A DNA stretch of 63,992 bases, filler included, from Chrysochromulina tobinii (GCA_001275005.1; 8 parts of 8 records of this genome joined end to end with filler, not necessarily neighbours in it), one strand, 5' to 3'; shown: positions 45,803-57,243, counted from the first letter of the whole stretch. Numbers and translations are program-made. Notes: generated by a model from the letters alone, not told the origin.

Positions 45803-46059
45803 GCTAGGTTAATAGAAAGCTTATATTTGCGGGTTTCCGCCGGGCCAATCTTAACATTACCCATTGTACTCGTTACAACGGTGAGGCCTATTCACATACA
45901 TACCGTCTCGGAACGGTAACGAAGTCAGAGTTAGTTCGTATGAACGCGAACATGTACGACCGTGTTGGGAATTTTCATTCAGCGTGACCCCGCACGTTTC
46001 CCGCCGTATGAAGATCGGCCAGGCGTCGTCGTTTCTAAAGCCGCCTCCCGGCCGCGCGC

Positions 46060-47649
46060 ATGGGCCTTCGAAAGCTTCCGCGGGCGAATGCCAAGGAGAC
46101 GCTCACCGATGGTACGGCATCGGTTGGGACCAGAATAGCTGTCGCCGCGGACCTCCCTCGGGATGGCATGCGCCCTGGCCGGGAGGCGCAACGCAGTCGA
46201 GAGGCGCCAAAGCAAGCTGCAAACATTGCGGACTTCTCGCTCTCGCAGCCGCCCCCCTTTGACGTGCGCGCGCCCGAGCTACTGCACGAGGTCGTCGGAA
46301 CGCTGCCCGAGAAGCTGCGCTGCCCGCAGGCTGACTTTGAGATTGACGCCACGAGCAGGGAGGCTTGCTTGCTCGCCACGCATGCCTTCTGGTACCTCTT
46401 CGTCTCGCTGCAGCTGCCGCACCTCGAGACGCAGCGCGACGAACTCCTCCGGCTGATGGCTGTGCAGTACGCTCGCCTGACCGTCAAGCTCGTGTGCGCG
46501 ATCGACACGTTCCTGGACCACTTCGCGCCGCTGGTCGCAACCGTTGAGCTGGTGGCACTGCGCCGGCACGGCGCGCTCGGCTCTCAGAGCCAGCAGGGTC
46601 CCGCGGCCGCGGCCGTCTTCCGGCACCTGCTCGCGCTGCTCGGGGCGCCGCCGCTCAGCCCGGAGCGCTTCACGCAGCACATGCGCTTCGCGGAGCGGCT
46701 GGGGTCCGAGGCTGCTGCGTCGGCGACCCTCGCGGGTGCGTCCAAGACTGCCACGTCCGAAAAGGGCGTATCTGGGGCGATCACTTGGAATCTTGGCGCC
46801 AACAACGGGCCTGTGCGCGCCTCGCCGCTTGGCCCGATCCTCATCCCGCAACTGCCGCACATCGAGCGGCCCGAGGGCGGCACAGCCAGCGCGGCGATAC
46901 TGCCCGCCATCGCTGGGGCCAAGCCGCCGTCGCTCGGCCTGAAGCGCGCGAGTGGCTCGAATGCGAGTGTCTCGGCGTTTTTACCCAGGAAAGGGACCCC
47001 GGAAGGGTGGGGCACGATGCGCCAGACGGTGGCCGTGCAGGCGATGGTGAAGAGCAAGTCGAAGCTCCGGCGCGAGAAGGCGGCGTCGACGGGTCAATTG
47101 CTCGGGAGCCTCTTGCCCGCGCGCCCCTACCGGCCCCCTCGCCTCGCATGCGACCTAAACCGGCAGTCGCCGCTGGTCGCGATCTTCAAGGGAGTGCCGC
47201 CGGCCTCGGTGCTCGCCACGCCAGAGCTCATGGACTTTGCGACGCGCAGCGGCTTCGGCCGGCCGCTTGGCAGCAGCGAGGCACGCAGCAGCAGCAGCAG
47301 CAGCCAGGCCGTGCGCGCGCTTCAGGGCGCACGAGCAGTGACCGTGCGACACAGCGCACCTGGCGTGGGCGCGCGCAGCCGCCTCGGGGGCACCGCCTCC
47401 TTCCAGGCGCTCCAGCCGGCGGGTCTGGTGGAGCGCAGCCGGAGACGCCTCGAAGACTACTTCGTAGCCTCGAAGGGTGAGGACACGACTATGCTCATCT
47501 TCGAGCGCACCATGGAGTCACGATGCCGCGGCATCGACGGACAGCGCGATGAGAAGCTCCTCATGTCAAGGCCCGAGCTAGCCGACTACACGCTCGAGCT
47601 GGCCAACCATACGCTCAACCCGAGCCCGCTGCGCATGCGCAAGGACTAA
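46060..47649 (+). CDS. FAM227-like (FWWh domain) protein
   Basis: LLATHAFWYLFVSLQLPHLETQRDELLRLMAVQYARL...DTFLDHFAPLVA and a downstream DLNRQSPLVAIF resemble the two conserved FAM227 blocks as I recall them. Confidence 0.6.
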   Translation: MGLRKLPRANAKETLTDGTASVGTRIAVAADLPRDGMRPGREAQRSREAPKQAANIADFSLSQPPPFDVRAPELLHEVVGTLPEKLRCPQADFEIDATSREACLLATHAFWYLFVSLQLPHLETQRDELLRLMAVQYARLTVKLVCAIDTFLDHFAPLVATVELVALRRHGALGSQSQQGPAAAAVFRHLLALLGAPPLSPERFTQHMRFAERLGSEAAASATLAGASKTATSEKGVSGAITWNLGANNGPVRASPLGPILIPQLPHIERPEGGTASAAILPAIAGAKPPSLGLKRASGSNASVSAFLPRKGTPEGWGTMRQTVAVQAMVKSKSKLRREKAASTGQLLGSLLPARPYRPPRLACDLNRQSPLVAIFKGVPPASVLATPELMDFATRSGFGRPLGSSEARSSSSSSQAVRALQGARAVTVRHSAPGVGARSRLGGTASFQALQPAGLVERSRRRLEDYFVASKGEDTTMLIFERTMESRCRGIDGQRDEKLLMSRPELADYTLELANHTLNPSPLRMRKD

Positions 47650-49084
47650 CTCTCACGTTAGTGTCGTTTCGTGTGCTCGGCGTAGCGCCCCGACGCGCCC
47701 CGCCCCCGCGATGGCGATCGCGCGACGTTTTCGTAACGTCATACGAGATGTGGCGCCGCCACGAAACGCTCATCTAGTAGCTCCAAAGAGCATAGAACCA
47801 TAGTAAGAGAACATAAAGAAATTCCGGCGTCCTTCAAGGTGTTTTTGAACAGGAATGTCCTCCCGGATCGGAGAGCAATTCGTAACCACAAGTTGATTAC
47901 GATAATAAACACTCGCAATGTCAGCCGTGACAATTTTTTTTATTTTTTTTCCGGTCTCGCTTACCGGTAACGATAATGACACACACAATCACAACCATAA
48001 AATCATTAAACGCGAACGACGCAATCGATGCGTTGATCGCGCTCTGTAGATTCGCACGCATTCGCCAGCGCGACGCTTGCGCCCGTTGCGCGCGTCGGTG
48101 ACCGGCTCATCCGACGTCCCGGCCTTGTCAAACGACGTCTTCGTCGGCGTCGCGGGCAGCCACGATGGTCTTCGCCCCAGAGCAGACTGCGATCGTGCAG
48201 ACTGCGATCGTGCTTCCCTAACATCCAGAGGGCGCGCACATGACACGCCGGAATCCCGCGCATGGCATGCGCGACTCTGCACTAGCGTTTGCTGCGCAGT
48301 GAGCTACGTTGCGCGTTTTGCGCGGATGCCGCGCAGGAATCGCCTAGCATGCGCCCTTGTTCTTGACCGTAGCGAGTCGCACGAGCCGATAATGATGAGG
48401 TTGAATCTGTGCACAGGCGCGCCCGATGGCGCGCCCCCATCAGGGAACGCAAAGAGTCGCACGACACGTCATCGCATGACGAAGACGGTGTCATGCGACA
48501 GGAACTGTTCTGTGCGGCGAGTGTTCGGCACCATGTTGTTGTGTCTCATACCCATGGCTGCCGCGCTTGAAGATGATCTGCGAGGAAGAGAGGCGACGCA
48601 GGAGCAGCGCGGTGAGAGAGGGTGCACAGCGAGCAGCAGGCAGAGACTACGCTCTCTGCGCAGTCAGCAGAGGAGACTGACTTCAGTTCCTGTTGGCCAT
48701 CCTTTCTGCGTGCGCGGGTCGCGCTCCTCGTCGTTGCTGCGCCAGAGTGTTCTGGGTGCATATTGAAGCGCTCGCCGAGCCTCCCGCCATGGGCAACAGG
48801 GCAACGCGGTCTTCGCAGTGCCGACCGACAGCTGGAACGATCTGAGATTCCGCCAGTTTTCGATTGACTTTCATTTCGGTAAGTTTTCGGTCAGAGCTTC
48901 GCGCGGAATTACTTACGAACGGGCCATGTTTCCCGAGATCATGGTTCAAATTAATTTTGACGCACTGCCCTGTGCAGAAAAAACCTTTTCTTGTGCTTCG
49001 TTTTCGGAACTCGCAATGTGTTTCATTCTTTGTGTGGGCGAGAAATGAGGGCCCCAGAGAAAGGGTTGCAGGAAAGGGGCGGGC

Positions 49085-49521
49085 ATGCTGTCTTTCTCCC
49101 CCCCGTTCGGGAAGCCCAGGTTCTCGAACTCAACTCGTCGGCCGAGTTGGCACCTCACATGGGATGACGAAAACGCTGGCTCGATTCATTGCAGCACCTT
49201 TGTGCTCATTCAAGACGTGGCCGGAATCGATGTCCGCACAGTCGCCCAAGACCATCCCAAACTTGTGCAGTGCATGGCGAGCTGCGCCTGGGCGGACCAC
49301 CAAAGCAAGGGCACATCCTGCCGAGTTGCAATCTATGACGTCGCTGGGTGCACGGATGGCGAGCTGCCGTGCTTGCTCAACGACGGCACCGATGACTGGA
49401 GGATCGACACGGAGGACCGATTCAAGGGCTGTGCCGCCACGATGCTCCCTGTGCTCCTCAACGACCAGGAGGACGACACTCAATGCGCTGTCAACCCTCT
49501 ACCGTCCCCGCCCCCGCCGCC
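49085..49521 (+). CDS. Partial Cys-rich, probably secreted protein leading into SPPP repeats
   Basis: Open frame with eight Cys ending LPSPPPP at the linker. Upstream exons (around 48530-48880) were not resolved. Confidence 0.35.
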
Positions 49522-49621
49522 NNNNNNNNNNNNNNNNNNNNNNNNNNNNNNNNNNNNNNNNNNNNTTAATTAATTAANNNNNNNNNNNNNNNNNNNNNNN
49601 NNNNNNNNNNNNNNNNNNNNN

Positions 49622-51558
49622 GTACCCTGCGCTTCGTCTCCCTGCTCTTTCTCGGCTCGAGGGTCCTCATTCTTTGCGACCGGACCTACACCACCCGCTT
49701 CTGGACGCTCTTCGAAGCGTGGATCTCGATGCAGATGGCGACCGTCGACGGCCTCGTGCCCGCTCCGCGCGGGAAGCGGCGCTGTGACATCGTTCCCATC
49801 CACCTCGCTAGCTCAATCACGGCATCGGAGCTCGAGACCCTGGTGGCGGGCAAGAGCTTGGATCAGATCTACGCGATGCTCGGCAGCCCGGACATTCAGG
49901 TGACCAATCAGAAGGACAAGGGCATGCAGCTCGCCAAGCTCTTGTCGCTCGACCATCAGGTCAGACTGGTTGTGCGCAAGATGGCGCCGCCGACGCTGAC
50001 GCTTGCCGGCGGAGCCCCGAGGCCATCGGGTGGCGGTGCGGGCGCGGGCACGGGCGCAGATGCGCCGGCGCCCTCGAAGGACGAGCCGCTGCAGCGGCTG
50101 GTCGAGCAGGTGCGCAGCGGCAGCGCGGATGCGGCCGGAGCGCTGGCTGACATGAGGGACGACGCGTCGCGGGTGGCGATTGCGAGGGCGGGCGGCATCG
50201 TGCCGCTCGTGGCGCTGCTCACGGCCCAAGACCCAGCGGCCGGGGCGGAGGCGGCGCGTGCGCTGCAGAGCCTCGCTCTCAACGCCGAGAACAGGGTCGT
50301 GATCGCGCAGGCGGGCGCCATCGTGCCGCTCGTGACGCTGGTGCAGAGCGGCACGGATGGCCAAAAGGAGCACGCGGCGCGTGCGCTGGGGAGCCTCGCG
50401 TTCAACGACGAGAACCAGGTCTTGATCGCGCAGGCTGGCGCCATCGCGCCGCTCGTGACGCTGGTGCAGAGCGGCACGGCTGGCCAAAAGGAGCAGGCGG
50501 CGGGTGCGCTGCGGAACCTCGCGTTCAACGCCGAGAACCAGATCTTGATCGCGCAGGCGGGCGCCATCGCGCCGCTCGTGACGCTGGTGCAGAGCGGCAC
50601 GGATCGCCAAAAGGGGCACGCGGCGGTTGCGCTGGCGAGCCTCGCGGTCAACGCCGAGAACAAGGTCTTGATCGCGCAGGCGGGCGCCATCGCGCCGCTC
50701 GTGACGCTGGTGCAGAGCGGCACGGCTGGCCAAAAGGAGCAGGCGGCGGCTGCGCTGCGGAACCTCGCGTTCAACGACGAGAACCAGATCTTGATCGCGC
50801 AGGCTGGCGCCATCGCGCCGCTCGTGACGCTGGTGCAGAGCGGCACGGCTGGCCAAAAGGAGAACGCGGCGGGTGCACTGCGGAACCTCGCGGCCAACGC
50901 CGAGCACAAGGTCTTGATCGCGCAGGCTGGGGCCATCGCGCCGCTCGTGACGCTGGTGCAGAGCGGCACGGATGGCCAAAAGGAGAAAGCGGCGGGTGCG
51001 CTGAAGAGCCTCGCGCTCAACGCCGAGAACAAGGTCTTGATCGCGCAGGCGGGCGCCATCACGCCGCTCGTGACGCTGGTGCAGAGCGGCACGGCTGGCC
51101 AAAAGGAGTACGCGGCGGCTGCGCTGGGGATCCTCGCGCTGAACAACGCCGAGAACAAGGTCTTGATCGCGCAGGCTGGCGCCATCGCGCCGCTCGTGAC
51201 GCTGGTGCAGAGCGGCACGGATCGCCAATAGGAGGAGGCGGCGGGTGCGCTGGGGAGCCTCGCGGACAACGACGAGAACCAGGTCTTGATCGCGCAGGCG
51301 GGCGCCATCGCGCCGCTCGTGACGCTGGTGCAGAGCGGCACGGCTAGCCAAAAGGAGTACGCGGCGGGTGCGCTGAAGAACCTCTTGTGCAACAACGACG
51401 AGAACCAGGTCTTGATCGCGCAGGCGAGCGCCATCGCGCCGCTCGTGACGCTGGTGCAGAGCGGCACGGATGGCCAAAAGGAGTACGCGGCGGCTGCGCT
51501 GCGGAACCTTGCGTTCAACGACGAGAACAAGGTCTTGATCGCGCAGGCGGGTGGCTGA
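49622..51558 (+). pseudogene. HET-like domain (partial) fused to a tandem ARM-repeat array (Vac8-like); in-frame TAG at 51229-51231
   Basis: The frame is open from the contig edge: VSLLFLGSRVLILCDRTYTTRFWTLFEAWISMQ...VTNQKDK. Ten near-identical 123/126-bp ARM units (IAQAGAIAPLVTLVQSGT) follow. Unit 8 has AAG changed to TAG. The terminal TGA is at 51556. Confidence 0.75.
50281..51555 (+). repeat. Tandem coding repeat, 10 x 123-126 bp (ARM units)
   Basis: GCCGCTCGTGACGCTGGTGCAGAGCGGCACGG recurs at 123-bp spacing (126 bp where an extra Asn codon is present). Confidence 0.95.
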
Positions 51559-52427
51559 CTCCGAAGCCACCTTGTCATTTTGGCGACCGCAGGTCGGTCG
51601 CGCCGCCGCTGCCGCGCACGTCTGCATGCGGGGGCGTCGGCGTGTGTGCGCGTCGGCTCTTCGTGTAGCTCTTCGCAGCACATTCCTGGCCGGCCATCGT
51701 GCGTGCTTCGTACCCCTGCTGTGTGGGCTACAAGAGACATACAAGAGACAGAGAGGGGGTTCGGTTCGGTTGACAGTCGGGGGGGGGATGTATAGTCACA
51801 GCGTGTCGTGTGGGTGCTCGATCCTTCGTGTGCCTGTGTAGATGAGTTGCTGTGGAGCGGAGAATTTGTAGCTGAGCGGCCGGGTTGCGGCCCGCGCGGG
51901 CGGGGTGAATCCTGTGACCGGTCAAGAGCTTAAGAGCCAGCGGCGGAAGCTACAGCGCATCTATGATCTATGATGGATCTAAAATTATACGGTAACTTTA
52001 CCCCGATCTATGCGGAAATGCAAACCATACGACCATGATGAATGAATGAACGGGTGCAAAGCCGCAAAAATATAAAGCAAAAACTTTAAAGCCCGTGCAG
52101 CGTGCACAGCTCTGCGTCCGAGCCGGTTGGCATCTTAGTTGGCATCGGCGGCGGGGGAGGCACGTGCCCGGAGCCCACCATAGTTACTACTCACCATACT
52201 CCACGTACTACGCACTCGGTTCCCCCCGAGAGCGAGACCGGCATGGCAAGGGTTCCGATTGTGGATTGAGATTCAGTATACGAATTACCGTCACGCGTGT
52301 CACCCGCCCTCGCCCCAGCACTCACATGCGACTCACACATGCCACGGGGGGCACTCTCATGAAGGGACTTCACAGTAGAAGAGAGAGAGAGAGAGAGTGA
52401 GAGACAGTAGAGTGGCACTCTTAGAGT

Positions 52428-55400
52428 CTAGATTGCAAGTACGGTGAGCCTTTCATGTTCTTCCTTCGCCGAGCCCTTCAACTTCTTCGTTCGTGCGCGA
52501 GCGCGTTCGAGCGCCATCGTATTCGCAATGCTGCCCGGCATGCCGGGCGCCGCGCCGGGCGTCTTCACGGGCTCTCTCTTCACACCGAGCGGCGCCGAGG
52601 CGGGCGTCGTCACGGGCGTCGAGGGGACCCTCTGCGAGGCCCCAGGTCCAAGAGCGAGGCTGCTTGACGAAGCTGGAGTGGAGGCACCCGTTGCGCCGTG
52701 ATGAGCACCTGCCCGCGCACCGAAGACGTAAGCGCTGGCGTGCTTGAGGTACCGGTACATGCCGAGCTGTGAAATACCGAGCTGTGAAGTGCTCCGCACC
52801 GACGCCACCGTGGCCTCGGCTTGTTGCCCTCGTGTGTAACCCTCGAGAGGGGCTGCACTCGACCCCTCGCCTGCCATCATCAGGCGCGTCACCTCTTCTT
52901 CCACAGCCGAGGATGGCCTCCGGCTGCGCTCTGCAATCATCACACGTTTCGAGAGCTGTGGTGCGGTTGTGCTGAGCGTCGAGCTGAGCGTCGAGCTGAG
53001 CGGTCCTATGCTGAGCGTCGTGCTGAGCGCCCCAATGCTGAGCGTCGTGCTGAGCGACCCCGTGCCGAGCGCCGTGCTGAGCGCCCCAGGTGCCAGCCGC
53101 ACGTCGTTGCCCTCATGCGTCACCTCATTTAGTTCGGGCAGAGGGCGGGCTAAAGGGCGGGGGGCTGGTGCAGGGCAGGTTGTGGCGCCGCCCATGCTAT
53201 TGGGGTTCAGCCCCCGATCGGCGGCTCCATGCTCGAGATCTCCACGCCCTTCGCTCGAGCTCGCCGTACTCAGCGCACTCGCCGTGCTGGCACTGACGAC
53301 GTGCGCCGCTGGGGAAGGGCCATTTGCCGAGGGCAGTGACGGCGGGGAGGCCTCCTTAAAGGACTCGGGGTGATTCTCGGGGTGTTTCCCGGGGTGTTCC
53401 TTCATGGGGAGTCCCGCGGGGGGGGAGTCCCCCGAGAATACCTCCCCTGATAAAACCTCCGGGCTCGTCTCGGGGGGCTTGGTCCGGGGGAGCTCAACCT
53501 GCAGGCCGTCAACCGCGCGCTTGGCTGCCGCCGCCGCCACCATGGCCGAGATACGCTCGTGCTTTGCCCTTAGCGACGACTCGAGGGTGCGCTGCAGCGC
53601 TCGTTCCTTATTTGGAGCGTCGGTCATCTTCTGTCGAGCCTCGGGGCTCTTCTCCAACGGCCGTAACCACTTGAAGATCGCCGAGAACGTGGGCTTCACC
53701 TCTCGTATGCGACGCGACCACTCCGTGATCAAGCTCCGCCAGCCGCGACGCATGCACGACCGACGCAAGTGGATCTCCTCAATCTCCCGATGCGCGCACA
53801 GCAGCTGGTGCAGCGTCACAGTCATCCACGATTGCATCCATTTGCCGCGGGGATTGCGATCCATCTGGCGCCGCAGCTCCCATGAGGTCCACGCGCGGCG
53901 CATTCTTCGCTCCTGCCTCCAGCGTTGAGCTCGATGCACATTCTCAAAGGCTTTCCACATCTGCATGGGGCATGTGGGGATAATGTGGGGAGAGGCGATC
54001 GGCGCGTGTGCACAAAACAGTGTGGCAATGCTCGCGCGCATCGGCCAGGCACAATCCGAGGCATCCAAATAAGGCACAATCCGAGGCATCCAAATAAGGC
54101 ACAATCCGAGGCACATCTTTCGATCCACATGTGAGATCGTATCTCGGCCTTGATTGCGCACCTCATCGTCATATTCGAGGGACTTCCACACCCACTCGGG
54201 TGGCCGCGCCCAAAAGCCAAACGCATCGGCGAGCTGCTGTAACGCCACTGCTGTGAATGTGAATGTGAATGTGAAGGGTGGCCGCGCCCAAAAGCCAAAC
54301 GCATCGGCGAGCTGCTGTAACGCCACTGCTGTGAATGTGAATGTGAATGTGAAGGGTGGCCGCGCCCAAAAGCCAAACGCATCGGCGAGCTGCTGTAACG
54401 CCACTCGGCTCGTGCATGCACGCACCCTCGCCATGGCATAGGTGCGCTCGCGCCAGTGCTCAGCCCACGAGTCGAACGCACGAGAGAGCCCGAGGTTGAG
54501 CAGCCTTCGGGCGAACCGGCCGAGCACGAGGTCGAGCGCCGCGCCTCGGAGCTTGTCGGCGGTGCCCAGCGGGATTCTCTGCGGTCCGTCGGCAGGGGCG
54601 ATGACAGAGCCCGCCTCCGCGTCTGCGACCGTGCCCACTGACGTGTCTGCGTCCGCATGTAGTACGCTCCTCGCCAGGGCCCTCCACACGCCCAAGATGG
54701 CGCTCCACGCCTTGCTCGCGACCTCGTGGACGCCGGCGCCTGCCGCCGCCGCCACGCCGTCGACGTCGTCGTCCAGCTGCAGACGTGACGGGCTTCGTGG
54801 TAGGCTGACCAAAGCATCGCTGAGGAAATCCAAGCACAGACGTGACGGGCTGCGTGGCAGCAACATGTCGGCCTCGGCATCGGTTGAGATCCGCCCCGCC
54901 CCGCCCACATCTTCGCGCACGATGCTCAACGAGCTGGGGGCACCGGTACCGACGGCCGCAATCGGCGAGCGTATCGGGTGCCCTGCTTCGTCCCAAACGA
55001 TACGCATAGGCAGTCCATCGTCATCCAGGCACACGACTTCGGCAGGTCGGAGGGCGAGCAGCTGAAGCCCTCGCGGACTATGCATCTGATTATGAAGTGA
55101 GGTGCCTCCTCCGTCAGAAGCTCCATGCGAGGCGGTGACGTGCGAGGCGGTGACGTGCGAGGCGGGTGCCGAGAGAGCCCTCAGGGGAGTCGCAGGGGGA
55201 GTCGCAGGGGGAGGCGCTTCGCCTTCGGGCACGGCTGCATGCGTCGCGGCCAAGGTCTCGGACTGTATCTCGGCCTGTATCTCGGCCCTTGCTGGTAGCT
55301 CCGCCGCCTTCGCCGCCTTCGCCGCCTTCGTCGCCTCCGCCTCCGCCTCGGCCTCCGCCTCGGCCGAGCTCGCTTCCAGCATCATACCCCTCGAGAATCC

Positions 55401-56759
55401 GCCCGTGTACCCTCCGCCCCGGGGGGCGGCCCGCGCGGTATCTCGGATACTATCTCGGGCTGCATCTCGGTCTCGGCGGAGGCCGCCCCGGTAGCCCCGG
55501 TGCCCCCAGCTGGCGACGACGCGACTGAACAACCCCAGGTTCGCCGCCCTCTTGACGCCCTCGGGCTTGGTGTCGAGCGCCGTCGTGGGCTTGGTGGCGA
55601 GCGCCGTCGCGAGCGCCGCTCGATGCTCGAGCTTGGGATCGGGCGCCGTCCCGGGCGCGCTCGAGAAGACGCCCCGGTAGCCCGAGAGACGCCTCTGGAC
55701 CTCTCGCGTCTTCCTGGGCACTTCGGGCGCTGTACCGGGCGCGCTCGAGAAGACGCCTCGGTAGCCCGAGAGACGCCTCTGGAGCTCTCGCGTCTTCCTG
55801 GGCACTCTAGAGTCGGCACTCTCCGGCGGGGGATCGGACATTATCTCGGGCTGTATCTCGGGCAGTGGTGGTGCGGGCGGGTTGGCGGGGAGCGTGGGCG
55901 TGGCCGGGGTCGTGGCAGTGGGGGTCGAGGGGAGCGGCGCGCCATCGGTCTCCTCTCTCGCCAGCAAGAGCTCCAGCGCCTGCGCGAGCTCTGCATCCGT
56001 GCACCGACGGCCGACGAGCCGCCCAAGCGCCGTATCGAGCGCATCTCGTTCCTCTTTCCATCTGTCGAGCCCCAACGGCTCGACATGCAGGGCAGGTCGT
56101 GGCGCCGTGGTGAGCACTTGCATGCATCCGTCGAGCCCCAACGGCTCGACGGGCGCTAACGCCGCTTGGCCTAAGGGCTCCTTGCCACGTTCCTTGGATC
56201 GGTGCGTGTGGTCGGTGCGTGATTGGTCCATCTCGCTCCATCGTACCGGTACTGGATTAGGTACTGGAGCCCAAGTAGGTAGGCGATCCCTCGGGAGCAG
56301 CTCGTGATCTCGGGCTGTATCTCGGGCTGTATCTCGGGCTGGAGCCCAAGTAGGTAGGCGATCCCTCGGGAGCAGCTCGTGATCTAAAGTGACGTGTTGG
56401 TCGGGCGTCGAGACGGGCGCGTTCAGGGTCGCTCGGCCATCGGTCGAGGAGGCGGGAACATGGGAGGAAGGAAGAGACGCTGGCTTGCGGCCCTGCTTGT
56501 CGAGCAAAGACTCGAGTTGCTTGAGACCCTCGATCTCGCGCTCATATGTGGCTGACGACGTTTCAAACTCGGAGCGGAGTGTGAACAGCTCAGCGTCGAT
56601 CGTGGGCTTCGCACTCAGTTCCGTTTCCTTCGGAGGCGGAGGCTTGAGACCCAAATCGGCTGCTCCTGCAGCCCAACGATCCTTGGGCTGGAGCAGCCGC
56701 CTCCTCGCCGCAAGCGAAAGAGCTTCAGAGGCGCTCGAATCGCCAGCACGTCCTCGCAT
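52428..56759 (-). CDS. Large low-complexity protein with central Trp-containing helical motifs (Sfi1-like); probable intron 53961-54161
   Basis: Long open frame from ATG 56759 with LSRAFDSWAEHW, LADAFGFW, RRAWTSW and RRGWRSL. A repeat-containing GT..AG segment at 54161-53961 is in frame. Confidence 0.55.
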   Translation of the reverse strand: MRGRAGDSSASEALSLAARRRLLQPKDRWAAGAADLGLKPPPPKETELSAKPTIDAELFTLRSEFETSSATYEREIEGLKQLESLLDKQGRKPASLPSSHVPASSTDGRATLNAPVSTPDQHVTLDHELLPRDRLPTWAPARDTARDTARDHELLPRDRLPTWAPVPNPVPVRWSEMDQSRTDHTHRSKERGKEPLGQAALAPVEPLGLDGCMQVLTTAPRPALHVEPLGLDRWKEERDALDTALGRLVGRRCTDAELAQALELLLAREETDGAPLPSTPTATTPATPTLPANPPAPPLPEIQPEIMSDPPPESADSRVPRKTRELQRRLSGYRGVFSSAPGTAPEVPRKTREVQRRLSGYRGVFSSAPGTAPDPKLEHRAALATALATKPTTALDTKPEGVKRAANLGLFSRVVASWGHRGYRGGLRRDRDAARDSIRDTARAAPRGGGYTGGFSRGMMLEASSAEAEAEAEAEATKAAKAAKAAELPARAEIQAEIQSETLAATHAAVPEGEAPPPATPPATPLRALSAPASHVTASHVTASHGASDGGGTSLHNQMHSPRGLQLLALRPAEVVCLDDDGLPMRIVWDEAGHPIRSPIAAVGTGAPSSLSIVREDVGGAGRISTDAEADMLLPRSPSRLCLDFLSDALVSLPRSPSRLQLDDDVDGVAAAAGAGVHEVASKAWSAILGVWRALARSVLHADADTSVGTVADAEAGSVIAPADGPQRIPLGTADKLRGAALDLVLGRFARRLLNLGLSRAFDSWAEHWRERTYAMARVRACTSRVALQQLADAFGFWARPPFTFTFTFTAVALQQLADAFGFWARPPFTFTFTFTAVALQQLADAFGFWARPPEWVWKSLEYDDEVRNQGRDTISHVDRKMCLGLCLIWMPRIVPYLDASDCAWPMRASIATLFCAHAPIASPHIIPTCPMQMWKAFENVHRAQRWRQERRMRRAWTSWELRRQMDRNPRGKWMQSWMTVTLHQLLCAHREIEEIHLRRSCMRRGWRSLITEWSRRIREVKPTFSAIFKWLRPLEKSPEARQKMTDAPNKERALQRTLESSLRAKHERISAMVAAAAAKRAVDGLQVELPRTKPPETSPEVLSGEVFSGDSPPAGLPMKEHPGKHPENHPESFKEASPPSLPSANGPSPAAHVVSASTASALSTASSSEGRGDLEHGAADRGLNPNSMGGATTCPAPAPRPLARPLPELNEVTHEGNDVRLAPGALSTALGTGSLSTTLSIGALSTTLSIGPLSSTLSSTLSTTAPQLSKRVMIAERSRRPSSAVEEEVTRLMMAGEGSSAAPLEGYTRGQQAEATVASVRSTSQLGISQLGMYRYLKHASAYVFGARAGAHHGATGASTPASSSSLALGPGASQRVPSTPVTTPASAPLGVKREPVKTPGAAPGMPGSIANTMALERARARTKKLKGSAKEEHERLTVLAI
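54198..54405. repeat. 78-bp tandem unit: 52-bp coding segment x3 separated by GC(TGTGAA)4
   Basis: Copies start at 54198, 54276 and 54354. It translates on the - strand as VALQQLADAFGFWARPPFTFTFTFTA. Confidence 0.9.
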
Positions 56760-57243
56760 TTTGTACTCGTGTCCGAGCGCGAAGGGCAAGACAGCGGGCG
56801 GCGCGGCCTGCCGTTCTCTTCAAAAATGCAAACCCAACTTGTTCCAAAAAAGGGTATGAAGACTTGATGAGCATTTCGTCGACGGGCGGATTACGGCAAT
56901 TTAAATGTCGGCATGCCTTCGTTGCTTTTGCCCCTCACTAGCTCACTTGATCAGCGCGCGATACATATACATATACGCATCCCTTTTCCGTTTTCCCATA
57001 ATTTCCCTGAGTCTCTTAGGGTGGACAGGCAATATTGGACAAGCGGAGAGTGTTCTACTATGTCTCGTGTTGGACGTTACGAAAGGGGGTTATATGTCCT
57101 TTGTGTTAGGCTCGGGGCCGGCTCAGCGCATGGGGTGCGCGCCNNNNNNNNNNNNNNNNNNNNNNNNNNNNNNNNNNNNNNNNNNNNTTAATTAATTAAN
57201 NNNNNNNNNNNNNNNNNNNNNNNNNNNNNNNNNNNNNNNNNNN

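Noticed and set aside
47990..48870. Several overlapping 70-230-aa ORFs
   Set aside because: There is no consistent exon model or recognisable domain. The region may hold upstream exons of the 49085 gene, but I could not join them in frame.
50281..51555. Regularly spaced repeats with variable intervals resembling a CRISPR array
   Set aside because: The units are 123/126-bp in-frame ARM codons whose variable parts are homologous to each other. There are no unique spacers or cas genes, and the context is eukaryotic.
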